Assembly: GCA_024233875.1 (NCBI GenBank)
Contig: JACKPB010000009.1
Location: 149,191-208,773 of the forward strand
Origin: Leptospiraceae bacterium
Lineage (GTDB): Bacteria; Spirochaetota; Leptospiria; Leptospirales; Leptospiraceae
Direction: 5' to 3'
Length of the DNA: 59,583 nucleotides
Shown here: in pieces, positions 10,609 to 19,637 of the stretch
How the letters are laid out: the number at the start of each line of letters is the position of its first letter
How positions within the stretch are numbered: position 1 is the first letter of the stretch
Notes under the pieces: model-generated
What the model saw: only the letters and a program-made list of their open reading frames with translations
What the model was told of the DNA's origin: nothing
Database searches by the model: none
Position numbers and translations under genes: made by a program

Positions 10609-11072
10609 AAATATTCAATACAAACGAACCCATCAAAAGTACAAGAGATCGAAAAACTCCCACCAGAAAATCTGAGGGAGGTGCCTCTGTTTCAGGCAAG
10701 GACCAAACCTTCCTGGAAATTCTGGAATCAATAGTACCATCTACTAACGAAACGACACGGGAAATCAATGAATACTGGCAACTTCTACCGGATGCTGAAA
10801 AAGATTTTTTAAGAGAACCCAGTAAGAAAAATTTAGAATCTTATAAATCTTTAATCAAAAATATCACCAATGCAATTTTAAAGAATAATGTGGAATTGGT
10901 TCAAGCCAGACAGAGAGGAAGGAATGACAAAAAAGTATTGATGACAATCAAAATCATCGATGAAAACATTCAAATTCTAGCCAAGACAATGCTCAGTCCA
11001 AACAATTCGGCCTTTCATCTTTTGAAACAAATAGAAAAAATTCGAGGCCTACTATTGGATCTTCAAAAGTAA
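10605..11072 (+). CDS. Hypothetical protein, translationally coupled to bactofilin
   Basis: Its start overlaps the bactofilin stop by 4 nt. 155 aa, helical, no family recognised. Confidence 0.45.
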   Translation: MKIFNTNEPIKSTRDRKTPTRKSEGGASVSGKDQTFLEILESIVPSTNETTREINEYWQLLPDAEKDFLREPSKKNLESYKSLIKNITNAILKNNVELVQARQRGRNDKKVLMTIKIIDENIQILAKTMLSPNNSAFHLLKQIEKIRGLLLDLQK

Positions 11073-11073
11073 T

Positions 11074-11973
11074 TTAAATCTTTATTCCCATCTTTTCCAT
11101 CAACCTTTCCAATTCATCCATATCATTATAACTCAAAGAAATCTTTCCTTTTCCAGTTTTAGAATTGTGCTGAACCATAGCTTTGATCGAAAATTTATTT
11201 CTAATTTTTCCTTCTAGATCAAGGATGGATGGATCTTTATCGATTTGGATCTTTTTATTCTCCTGATTTTTGCCATCAACTAATTCGGATACATAATCCT
11301 CTACTTGCCGAACAGTCATCTGTTTTTCCACGATCATTCCGGCTACTTCTTCGAGTTTCTTTTTATCTCCGATGGTAAGTAGTGGTCTGGCATGACCTTC
11401 CGATAGCTTACCTGAGGATACTAAATTTTTTACGCTTTCAGGGAGTTGAAGAAGTCTGATCAGATTAGCGATGGTAGATCGATTCTTTCCTAGTCTGGTA
11501 GCCACTTCAGTAATTTTCAAATTCAATCTTTCTGAGATTGTTTGGTAAGCCATGGCCTGCTCAATTGGGTTCAAATCTTCTCTTTGAATATTTTCCAGTA
11601 GAGCAATTTCTATTGATTCTTTCTCAGAATAGTTCTTTATGATCGCGGGAATTTTAATGTATCCTGCTTCCTTACAGGCCCGTAGCCTTCTCTCTCCTGC
11701 AACCAGTTCATAACCATTTTCGATTTTCTTCACAATGATTGGCTGTATCAATCCATGAACTTTGATTGTCTCAGCCATCTCTGTAATGGTTTCTGCTGAA
11801 AAAGTTTTCCGGGGTTGATTCGGATTCATTTGAATTTCTGATATTTTTATTTCTATAGAATTCGAATCTTTGACTTCCCCTGATCCGGAATCCGAGATTC
11901 CAGTAGAAGTATTTTTATTTCCACCCGGTATGAGATTGCCCAGACCCCTACCCAACACACTTGGTTTTGTCAT
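11074..11973 (-). CDS. parB: Chromosome partitioning protein ParB (Spo0J)
   Basis: ParB box HGLIQPIIVKK..YELVAGERRLRA, an HTH region and a C-terminal dimerisation region. 299 aa. Confidence 0.9.
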   Translation of the reverse strand: MTKPSVLGRGLGNLIPGGNKNTSTGISDSGSGEVKDSNSIEIKISEIQMNPNQPRKTFSAETITEMAETIKVHGLIQPIIVKKIENGYELVAGERRLRACKEAGYIKIPAIIKNYSEKESIEIALLENIQREDLNPIEQAMAYQTISERLNLKITEVATRLGKNRSTIANLIRLLQLPESVKNLVSSGKLSEGHARPLLTIGDKKKLEEVAGMIVEKQMTVRQVEDYVSELVDGKNQENKKIQIDKDPSILDLEGKIRNKFSIKAMVQHNSKTGKGKISLSYNDMDELERLMEKMGIKI

Positions 11974-11982
11974 TCCTTTCTC

Positions 11983-12747
11983 CTACTGATTCTTTTTAAT
12001 AAACTCTTCTGCAAAAGCTAAGTAACTCTTAGCTCCTATTCCATCCGTATCATACACATTGATAGGCTTTCCAAACGAAGGTGCTTCCCCCAGTTTTATA
12101 TTTCTGGGAATCATTGCTTCAAATACTTTTTCCTGAAAGTACTGTCTAACATCTGAAGCAACCTGGTTGGCTAGATTAGTCCTCTTATCATACATTGTAA
12201 GAAGAACTCCCTCCAACTCTAATCCGGAATTCAAATTCTCCTGAACCAGGGAAATGATCTTCATCAGTTGGCTTAGCCCCTCTAAGGCAAAGTATTCTGT
12301 CTGCAAAGTTATTATGACACTATCAGCAGAGGAAAGTGCATTCAAGGTAAGAAGTCCGAGAGATGGAGGACAATCGATGAGAACATAATCAAAATCATTT
12401 TTAATAGATTGAATAGCATCCTTAAGGGCAAATTCTTTTCTCTCTACATTTGCCAGGTCTATTTCAGCTCCACTCAAATTGATATTTGCCGGGAGTATAA
12501 ATAAATTTTCATAATCAGTTTTGATGATTGATTCTCTTATTGAGATTTCCTTCAATAGAACCTCATAGGTTGTTTTTTGAATTTGATTTACATCGATTCC
12601 CAAACCGGAACCTGCATTGCCCTGAGGATCAATATCGACTACCAAAATTTTCTTCCCCATCGATGCGAGATTCGAGGAAAGATTTATAGAAGTTGTCGTT
12701 TTCCCAACGCCCCCTTTTTGATTACTGATTGCAATAATTTTACCCAT
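11983..12747 (-). CDS. parA: Chromosome partitioning ATPase ParA (Soj)
   Basis: Deviant Walker [16 protein letters not shown]. 254 aa. Confidence 0.9.
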   Translation of the reverse strand: MGKIIAISNQKGGVGKTTTSINLSSNLASMGKKILVVDIDPQGNAGSGLGIDVNQIQKTTYEVLLKEISIRESIIKTDYENLFILPANINLSGAEIDLANVERKEFALKDAIQSIKNDFDYVLIDCPPSLGLLTLNALSSADSVIITLQTEYFALEGLSQLMKIISLVQENLNSGLELEGVLLTMYDKRTNLANQVASDVRQYFQEKVFEAMIPRNIKLGEAPSFGKPINVYDTDGIGAKSYLAFAEEFIKKNQ

Positions 12748-13522
12748 TGTATTCCCGAATCTCCTTTTGAATGACTTTCCAAAGTCTAGCTTTACCTGTC
12801 TCTTTCTGAACTCTCTTTTTCAAGACTTTTACATTTCGTTCCCCCAAAAAATTCAATTCAGGAATCGAAAATTCACTCTGCTTATCAAATCCCATTCTTT
12901 CTAAAATTTCACCTTCTATACGATCTAGATTTTTCAATTTTCCTAAATATGGAACAAAGCATCCACCCTGTTTGACCAAACCAGAGCAAACTTCCACCGA
13001 CCACGGATATGGGATAGCAGCTCTCATACTCACAAGATCGAATTTCTTTTTTACATTCTCTGCTCTGTCATAGATAAACCTAGGTTCACCGGGTAATTTC
13101 TGATTTCTAGCAAACTCTTCCAGATGTTTCATTTTTCTCTTCTGAGAATCGATAAAGGAAACACTCTTAAACTTTCCTATTAAGAAAAATAGATATCCGG
13201 GCAATCCGGGTCCAGTTCCTACATCCGCGAATTCTGTTTCACGTGAAACACGAAGAACATCCAGAACCTTAGCAGCAAAGAAATAGGAATCCATGATATG
13301 TCTTTCTAAAATTAAATCTGAATCGGATTTAGAAAAGAACCCACCTTCATGATTTTTTAGAATTAAAAATTCATAAAAATTTTGGAGGTGAATCCAAAAT
13401 TCCTCTTTTTGGGATTCTTCGCTAAGACCGGGAAAACGGGAAATGAATTCATATTTAACAGTGAGCATAGTTCTACCTTGGTAAGTTAAGTTTAAAAAGA
13501 GAATAGCTTGAAGACGACACAA
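12740..13522 (-). CDS. rsmG: 16S rRNA (guanine527-N7)-methyltransferase RsmG (GidB)
   Basis: SAM-binding motif VGTGPGLPG in GidB context. The track start is a TTG at 13520-13522. The real start is more likely the ATG of MLTVKYEF near 13471, which gives about 243 aa. Overlaps parA by 8 nt. Confidence 0.8.
   Translation of the reverse strand: MCRLQAILFLNLTYQGRTMLTVKYEFISRFPGLSEESQKEEFWIHLQNFYEFLILKNHEGGFFSKSDSDLILERHIMDSYFFAAKVLDVLRVSRETEFADVGTGPGLPGYLFFLIGKFKSVSFIDSQKRKMKHLEEFARNQKLPGEPRFIYDRAENVKKKFDLVSMRAAIPYPWSVEVCSGLVKQGGCFVPYLGKLKNLDRIEGEILERMGFDKQSEFSIPELNFLGERNVKVLKKRVQKETGKARLWKVIQKEIREYNG
13235..13250. other. parS centromere-like site, TGTTTCACGTGAAACA, a perfect 16-bp palindrome, inside rsmG
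   Basis: Exact match to the bacterial parS consensus tGTTtCAcGTGAAAca. It encodes VSRET within the RsmG frame. Confidence 0.8.
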
Positions 13523-13524
13523 TG

Positions 13525-13540
13525 CGTTTCACGTGAAACA
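13525..13540. other. parS centromere-like site, CGTTTCACGTGAAACA (15/16 palindromic), just upstream of rsmG
   Basis: Second copy 290 bp from the first. It is flanked by an extended imperfect palindrome CGACACAAT...ATTATGTCG. Confidence 0.75.
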
Positions 13541-13556
13541 TATTATGTCGTATATA

Positions 13557-13877
13557 TTACGGAAGGAGTGGAATTTTTTTAGGATTGAATTTGGGGTTAA
13601 ACCCCTGTTCGAGCAAACTGGATATCGCTTGTTCAATTGTCATAGCAGGTTTGAGGTTGGAGGCAAAAATAGCTAAATTTTCGAATGCTTGCTTGGAGAC
13701 TTCAACGTTTTGAATCTTGATTTTTTTGGTATCCAACATCACATTCACAAGACCCTGCCCGATAGTCTTTTTCTTAGCAGATACTGTTTGTGGTTTTTTC
13801 TTAACTTTGGATTTTTGGGCAACTCTCTTCTTGGATACCTGTTTTCCCTTTGCATTGGCTGGAGTATTTTTGGGCAT
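13557..13877 (-). CDS. Small basic protein with Lys-rich N-terminal tail (possible nucleoid-associated protein)
   Basis: 106 aa. The N-terminal 45 residues are about 40% K/R (KGKQVSKKRVAQKSKVKKKPQTVSAKKK), followed by a globular domain. Co-oriented immediately upstream of parS-rsmG-parAB. Confidence 0.4.
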   Translation of the reverse strand: MPKNTPANAKGKQVSKKRVAQKSKVKKKPQTVSAKKKTIGQGLVNVMLDTKKIKIQNVEVSKQAFENLAIFASNLKPAMTIEQAISSLLEQGFNPKFNPKKIPLLP

Positions 13878-16053
13878 TGCTGGTCACCACCGTTTTATTT
13901 TTAATTTCGGTAGAACTTGAAATTTCCAATGAGTTATTTTAAAGAACCTGATAGATTTGAAACATCCGGAAGAAATAGTCTTATGTTTCACTCTATTTAA
14001 AATAGAAACTTATGTTCTTAGTAAAGATTCCATCTCCAGAGAAAGGCCCCAAAAAGAGAAAATCTTGAAAATCTACCCTGTGGGTACTACAGGCCGAAAT
14101 ATCAAAATTTTCCAAATTTTGGGTATTCTCATATCAACGGAGAAACGAAAATTTCAGCAAATAGTTTACTAACTCACATTACGCAAAGAAGTGAAATGTG
14201 AGGTTGCAGGGAGCCTGCGGACAGCTTGGGCTATCGCCTAAACCCATATTTTTATTGATTTATTAGCAAAAAATGATTTTGATTTTAAACTAAAAAAAAT
14301 TTGAAAAATAAAATACTGCGTAGGATGAGTTACTAATTCATTGCAAAGGGGCATTAGGACTTTTCTCTAGTAGAACAAATATCCTAGCCTCTAATTAGGT
14401 TTCATCAGCCATTCTGACCTTGAACTAAGATTTTAGAGTAAACACAGAAGAGATCTTTGCTCATTAAATAAAGAAGAGGAAATAATTTTCCTCAAATCAC
14501 AAAGAGGATACAATTCAAAAAAATTAAACACCAATTCCCAAATTGCAATAATAGAAGAGATCAAGCATTCGTGACTGATGGAATAGATCTTATGATTTTT
14601 CAGGGAGATGAAAATTTTTATTTATAGTCATTTTCAGAAGGTTTGCGCATTCACAGAAGAATCATCTATAAAACGGCTACAAACCTTACGAAGAAATACG
14701 TAAGTATTTATGAAAACCGGTATAGAAGAAACTCAAATCCACTCTTTCATTCGAACTTTACTTTCCGAACATCCAAAAAATATTTCATTCTATGGATTTT
14801 TAGGAGCTGAGTGATGAAAAACAAAAAATTCCAGGAGTCTTGATAATAGATTACTTTAGAAAGATACAAATTGCATATTCAATTCAAAGTTGATGTATAG
14901 CTAGAAAATAGTACGCAACCCACCCACTCCAAACCGGAGACTACTTTGATTGGAAACTTTAGACCCTTGATTTCGTAACCGAATCTTTTAAAGAAAAATA
15001 CAATAGGATTTCAGATAAGAACCCAAGTTTCATTTTTGAGTGCTTGAAAATAAATATGGATGAATTGAATTGCTTCATTAGTTTACAAAAGCAGAAAGGA
15101 AAATATGAGTACATCGACTTAGAAGACACCCTATATCCATTTTGAGGTAGTACTGAGGAATTCATATTTTGCTAAAAAGAGAGAAACTGAATTGGGAAGG
15201 AAGGAATTTTTAGAAAAAAGGATAACTATCAATACTTAGAAAAATAATCTAAAGTAGATGGAAATGCTTGAATCCTATTTTTTCCGATGAAGTAGGACTT
15301 TGCATTCTGAAGAAATCTCTCCTGTTTAAAATGAAACCTGAATGGTGTTAAAAAGATTGTTCCACCCGCTCTCAATAAGTTTTAAGAATACAATTGCTAA
15401 AACTGAAATTCACAGACAACCGGAAGGTCCAGAAGAACAGTTCAGCGACCCTTCCCCAAACCTCACTCTATTACAGGCATAGAAATAAAATGAAAATTTA
15501 AAAGGCTACTGGATTTGAATTATAAGAAATAAGGATATCAAATAGAAACTTTTGAATGAATTGAACAAACCGTTTGGAATTATTTTCTTTTTGATCTTTT
15601 GAAAAACCGAAATTCATTCTGTTTTTTATTTAAACCATCTTATCTATATGTGCATACATCTAAAAAATTTTCAAATGGGTCGTGATTTTAAAAAAAAGAT
15701 ACATTCCGAAAAAATAAATTTCTTCATTTTTTCTCAATTTTAGATAGAATACTTGCCTATCAACAGAATAGAAGCCTAATGAAGGTTTGTACCAGAAGCA
15801 TGAAGATTTTAAAGAAATAATGGAGTTTAAGCACAAAATCAATCTGATTGAAAAGAATTTAAATTAGATTTTTTAGTAAAAAACTCAATATTTTCCCATA
15901 TTTTTACTATGTCTCATTAAAAAAAAGTACACATTCTAAAAAAATATTATTTATTGGATTGACCTTGCATAGGGCATTTCCGATATTAATTACGGGATAG
16001 ATTTATTTATAAGTCTGTCTTAAATATTGAAAGAGAGTTAAAGGTATAACAAG

Positions 16054-16959
16054 ATGAAGATTTTCAATAGACTAGTCATTCTCTTAGTGCTGATCAACTT
16101 TGGTATTCTATATGCTCAGGATCCAGCTCCTGCAGGACAACCAGACAAAGCTGCAGCAAATAGTGAAGAAGAAGTTACCATTAAGGGCGAGCTTGTTCCG
16201 GATGATGATGCTAATCTTTCCGATGAAGAAAAAGCAAGAAAGAAAGAAATCATTAAGCAAGAAGCTATGTGGAAGAACCCCGACTTTGCTGGTTACAACA
16301 AAGCATTCGAGGATTTACACAAACTTTCCAAAGCTTTTGCTAACAATAAATACAGACTTGCACTTTCCGCTTACCAGTCTGGTATGAACACTATTCTCAA
16401 GATGAGAGAAAACATCGAGCAATACAGAAAAGAGCAATCTGAAAAGAAGCGTCTTGATGAAAAATGGTACTGGCAAAAAATCGATAGAAAAGCTAACGAA
16501 GAAAGATATATTCAACGTGAAAAAATGGCTGCTAAATTAGCTGCAGTTACTTATTTCACTAAAGCGATCAATCACCTCGATGAAATAAAAAATCCTGACC
16601 TCAGAGAAGAGAAAGCATACAAAACACTTCTTTCTTCTGTTTACAGAGCATGGATTATGGCTGAATATGATACACAGAATTATCCTCAGTGTATTCCTAT
16701 CATAGAGCTTTACCTCGAGCTTGATCTTAACGAAAAAGAGTACCCTGCTCATAAATACCTGGCTAGCTGCTATTCTTTCGAAGAAAACACTTTGAAAAAA
16801 TACAAAGCCGGTAGCGATGACCAAGTACAAAAACTCAAGAACAAGAAAAACGTTCACCTTCTTAGAGCAACTGAGCTGAAGTATGGCAAAGGTTCTGTAG
16901 AATACAAACACATTGTAGACATGGTGAATAGAGACGAAGTAATTTCTGTCACTCCTTAA
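16054..16959 (+). CDS. Secreted hypothetical protein (non-lipoprotein signal peptide) with expression-optimised codon usage
   Basis: Signal peptide [23 protein letters not shown] with no Cys. Codon choice differs markedly from neighbouring genes: CTT/CTC, TAC, AAC, TTC, GCT and AAG are preferred. A strong terminator follows. Confidence 0.6.
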   Translation: MKIFNRLVILLVLINFGILYAQDPAPAGQPDKAAANSEEEVTIKGELVPDDDANLSDEEKARKKEIIKQEAMWKNPDFAGYNKAFEDLHKLSKAFANNKYRLALSAYQSGMNTILKMRENIEQYRKEQSEKKRLDEKWYWQKIDRKANEERYIQREKMAAKLAAVTYFTKAINHLDEIKNPDLREEKAYKTLLSSVYRAWIMAEYDTQNYPQCIPIIELYLELDLNEKEYPAHKYLASCYSFEENTLKKYKAGSDDQVQKLKNKKNVHLLRATELKYGKGSVEYKHIVDMVNRDEVISVTP

Positions 16960-16984
16960 TAACTTGCTCTTTCAATTTTAATAG

Positions 16985-17010
16985 AACAGCCCCGAAAGGG
17001 GTTGTTTTAT
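16985..17010 (+). terminator. Rho-independent terminator
   Basis: AACAGCCCC-GAAA-GGGGTTGTT forms a stem-loop followed by TTTAT. Confidence 0.6.
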
Positions 17011-17104
17011 TAAATTGAAATCCCCTCCCCCTTACCACCTCCAATGAGAAATAAAAAACACTGTTGAGGTTACTCAAACCTGAACTAATCTCAACAGATT
17101 ATCC

Positions 17105-17968
17105 ATGCATCCAAAAGACTCTATACTTTATGTTTTAAGAAAATCCCAAGCTTTCTTGAAAGATAACGGAATCGAATCTTCTCGATTGGATGCTGAACTT
17201 TTATTATCAGAAGTTTTGAACTTCAATCGCGTTAAACTCTACACACATTTTGAATACAAACTTACAGAAGAGCAAAAAGACAATTATAGAAAATTATTAA
17301 AAGAGAGAGCTAAAAAGGTTCCTATTGCTTATCTCACTAAAAAGAAAAATTTTTATAATTCTACATTTTATGTAGATCCTTCCGTATTGATACCAAGACC
17401 CGAGACTGAAGAACTTGTAGAATGGGTTCTTAAAGATACTCCATCAATAGAAGAATACACCGTCTTAGATTTGTGCACCGGATCGGGTTGTTTAGGGATT
17501 TCTTTAAAGAGAGAAAGACCCAATTGGATACTGCATTTTTCTGATCTATCTATGGAAGCGCTTGAAGTTTGCAAAAAAAACTATTTCAGTATAATAGAAG
17601 ATGATTCGTTCAATAATTTTTATATTTCAGATTTATTTGATAGCATCCCTATTAAAAAATTTAACCTTATCACTATCAACCCTCCTTATATACCCAGTAC
17701 CGAAAAGGAACTTCTATCAGCGGGTGTGTATGAATATGAACCCCATCTAGCTTTATTCCTGGATCATCATGAAGAATTTCTTACGAAATTAATTAAAAAT
17801 CTCGATAATTACATAGAAGACACAGGAAATTTGTTTATGGAAATTCATCCTGATTGGGAACCCATATTGAAGAAAATTGTATTACAAAGCAATAAACATA
17901 TCGTATTTAAAAAAGACTATAGCAATAAAATAAGGATGGCAAAGATATCTAATGAGCTTACTCAATAA
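17105..17968 (+). CDS. prmC: Release factor glutamine N5-methyltransferase
   Basis: Catalytic NPPY motif in ITINPPYIP, and the SAM motif DLCTGSGCLGISL. Confidence 0.8.
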   Translation: MHPKDSILYVLRKSQAFLKDNGIESSRLDAELLLSEVLNFNRVKLYTHFEYKLTEEQKDNYRKLLKERAKKVPIAYLTKKKNFYNSTFYVDPSVLIPRPETEELVEWVLKDTPSIEEYTVLDLCTGSGCLGISLKRERPNWILHFSDLSMEALEVCKKNYFSIIEDDSFNNFYISDLFDSIPIKKFNLITINPPYIPSTEKELLSAGVYEYEPHLALFLDHHEEFLTKLIKNLDNYIEDTGNLFMEIHPDWEPILKKIVLQSNKHIVFKKDYSNKIRMAKISNELTQ

Positions 17969-18398
17969 ACCGGCACCGGATTTTTCCTTAATAAATTCAG
18001 AAGGAGCAAAGGTATCTTTATCAGATTTTAAAGGAAAAAAAGTTCTTTTAGTGTTTTATCCCGGAGATGATACAGCTGTTTGCACCAAACAACTTTGCTC
18101 TTATAGTAGCGGATTTGAAGAATTTCAAAATTTAAACATAGAGATTCTGGGTATCAATAAAGATAGTGTAGAATCTCATAAAAAATTTAAAGAGAAATAC
18201 AAATTGAATTTAAATCTATTGAGTGATCCCGATGGAAAGGTATGCAAAACATACAATGCATTAGGACTCATTGGGGTCAATAGGACTACTTACTTAATTG
18301 ATGAAGAAAGTAAAATCATTTTTGAAAACACGGTACTCCCAATATTTTACAAAGACAAAGATGATATAATGACTTCTATTAAATCTTTGATTTCATAG
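17952..18398 (+). CDS. bcp: Peroxiredoxin Bcp (thiol peroxidase, thioredoxin fold)
   Basis: KKVLLVFYPGDDTAVCTKQLC has the peroxidatic Cys motif and a resolving Cys five residues after it. 148 aa. Confidence 0.8.
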   Translation: MSLLNKPAPDFSLINSEGAKVSLSDFKGKKVLLVFYPGDDTAVCTKQLCSYSSGFEEFQNLNIEILGINKDSVESHKKFKEKYKLNLNLLSDPDGKVCKTYNALGLIGVNRTTYLIDEESKIIFENTVLPIFYKDKDDIMTSIKSLIS

Positions 18399-18404
18399 TT
18401 TACA

Positions 18405-19616
18405 ATGGATAAGTCAATCCCTTACATCCCTCCTATTTCTAGATATACCCGCCAGGTATCTTATGAAGATTGGTTTCTCTCAACAGAATACTTTGAGAAA
18501 AAAGATTATTACAATTCGTTTAAATACTTACTAAAATACATTAATGCTCCAATAGATATACCGGATTCAGACACTCTTGATCTAACAGTTCCCCAGGGTT
18601 CTGTCTATCTTCGTATCAAAGCAGATAAAGAGAAGTATTCATTTTCAATTCCATTTTTGAAGTTCACTAAAGATTCGAATCGAATAGCGGCTATGCGCAG
18701 AATGATTGAGCAGAATTTTTCATCTTTGATATTGAGTCAGATAGTGCTACGTGAGGATGAATTGTATTTTCACTATGAAGATAATATTTATAATGCAGAG
18801 CCTTATAAAATCTATTTTACTCTTGATGAGATGTCCACTGAAGCTGACAACACAGATGACTATTATATAGATAGATTCAATCTGGAACATATCATTAAAC
18901 CTGATTTAGATTATTTTACCAGCGAAGAATATGAGAAATCAAAAGAACTCTTCTATACTATTCTGAATGATAGTATTGCAGGTTCGGAATACTTTGAAGG
19001 TAAGAGAAATTATAATTCAGCCTGTGATTATTTGGCTCTATGTTTATTTAAGATAAAATATGTGATTTTTCCTCAGGGAATTTTAGGAAGAGAAATTCAA
19101 GAAATCTTAAATTATATGTATTCTAATGAAGGTGTTAATACAATACTAAACAACACCAGATTGAAAATTAAAAAATTAATAGAAATTGAAGAATCCAAAT
19201 TCAAAGACAGTCTTTTTCATCCAAAATTCTTTATACCTATCAAACCGCGATTAGATTTGATTAAATTGCAGGAAATACTAAAACCCATCCAAGAAAAAAC
19301 TCAAGAGATTATAGGGAATAAAGCCTACCAGGAATCAGGAATCTATATTCTCTACAATTTGTACTATATCTTAGATGGATACTCGATAAATTCTCACCTT
19401 CAGGATTCCATAGAGCATGCTCTATCAGATGTTTCACAGAAAGACTGGAAGTTTACATCTGATTATTTATTAAAATTAATTAATAATATTATGATTATTA
19501 AACTAGATGAGGAAGGAAATATCACTTCAGGTACACTCGATATATTTGAGACAAGCAAAGAGAAGAAAAGTAAAATGAATTCGATTTTTTCAAAAATCCG
19601 AAATATTTTCAAATAA
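18405..19616 (+). CDS. Hypothetical protein with N-terminal YbjN-like (T3SS-chaperone-like) domain and about 230-aa uncharacterised C-terminal region
   Basis: Residues about 60-170 (VYLRI..YSFSIPFLKF..NRIAAMRRMIEQNFSSLILSQIVLREDELYFHYEDNIY..YFTLDEMSTEADNTDDYY) are recognisably paralogous to the C-terminal domain of the next gene. The YbjN assignment comes from pattern memory only. Confidence 0.45.
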   Translation: MDKSIPYIPPISRYTRQVSYEDWFLSTEYFEKKDYYNSFKYLLKYINAPIDIPDSDTLDLTVPQGSVYLRIKADKEKYSFSIPFLKFTKDSNRIAAMRRMIEQNFSSLILSQIVLREDELYFHYEDNIYNAEPYKIYFTLDEMSTEADNTDDYYIDRFNLEHIIKPDLDYFTSEEYEKSKELFYTILNDSIAGSEYFEGKRNYNSACDYLALCLFKIKYVIFPQGILGREIQEILNYMYSNEGVNTILNNTRLKIKKLIEIEESKFKDSLFHPKFFIPIKPRLDLIKLQEILKPIQEKTQEIIGNKAYQESGIYILYNLYYILDGYSINSHLQDSIEHALSDVSQKDWKFTSDYLLKLINNIMIIKLDEEGNITSGTLDIFETSKEKKSKMNSIFSKIRNIFK

Positions 19617-19637
19617 TGTCTAGAGGACTTTTATATA

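Noticed and set aside
13957-15842. Short ORFs inside the 2.1-kb gap: 13957-14172, 14959-15165 and 15660-15842.
   Set aside because: They are low-complexity AT-driven translations with no start context or motifs. I treat them as noise and regard the region as noncoding or pseudogenic.
13921-16053. rRNA, tRNA, tmRNA, RNase P RNA, SRP RNA or a riboswitch in the gap.
   Set aside because: I scanned for tRNA T-loop GGTTCGA(A/T)TCC, the tmRNA tag and 3' end, the RNase P P4 AGGAAAGTCCGGGC, the SRP domain IV and common riboswitch cores. None is present. Only covariance-model searches could settle this.
17051-17095. CTGTTGAG-N25-CTCAACAG inverted repeat and TTATCCATG, which is DnaA-box-like, immediately upstream of prmC.
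   Set aside because: The short 8-bp arms with a long spacer and the 2-mismatch box are within chance expectation. It is more likely ordinary promoter-region sequence.
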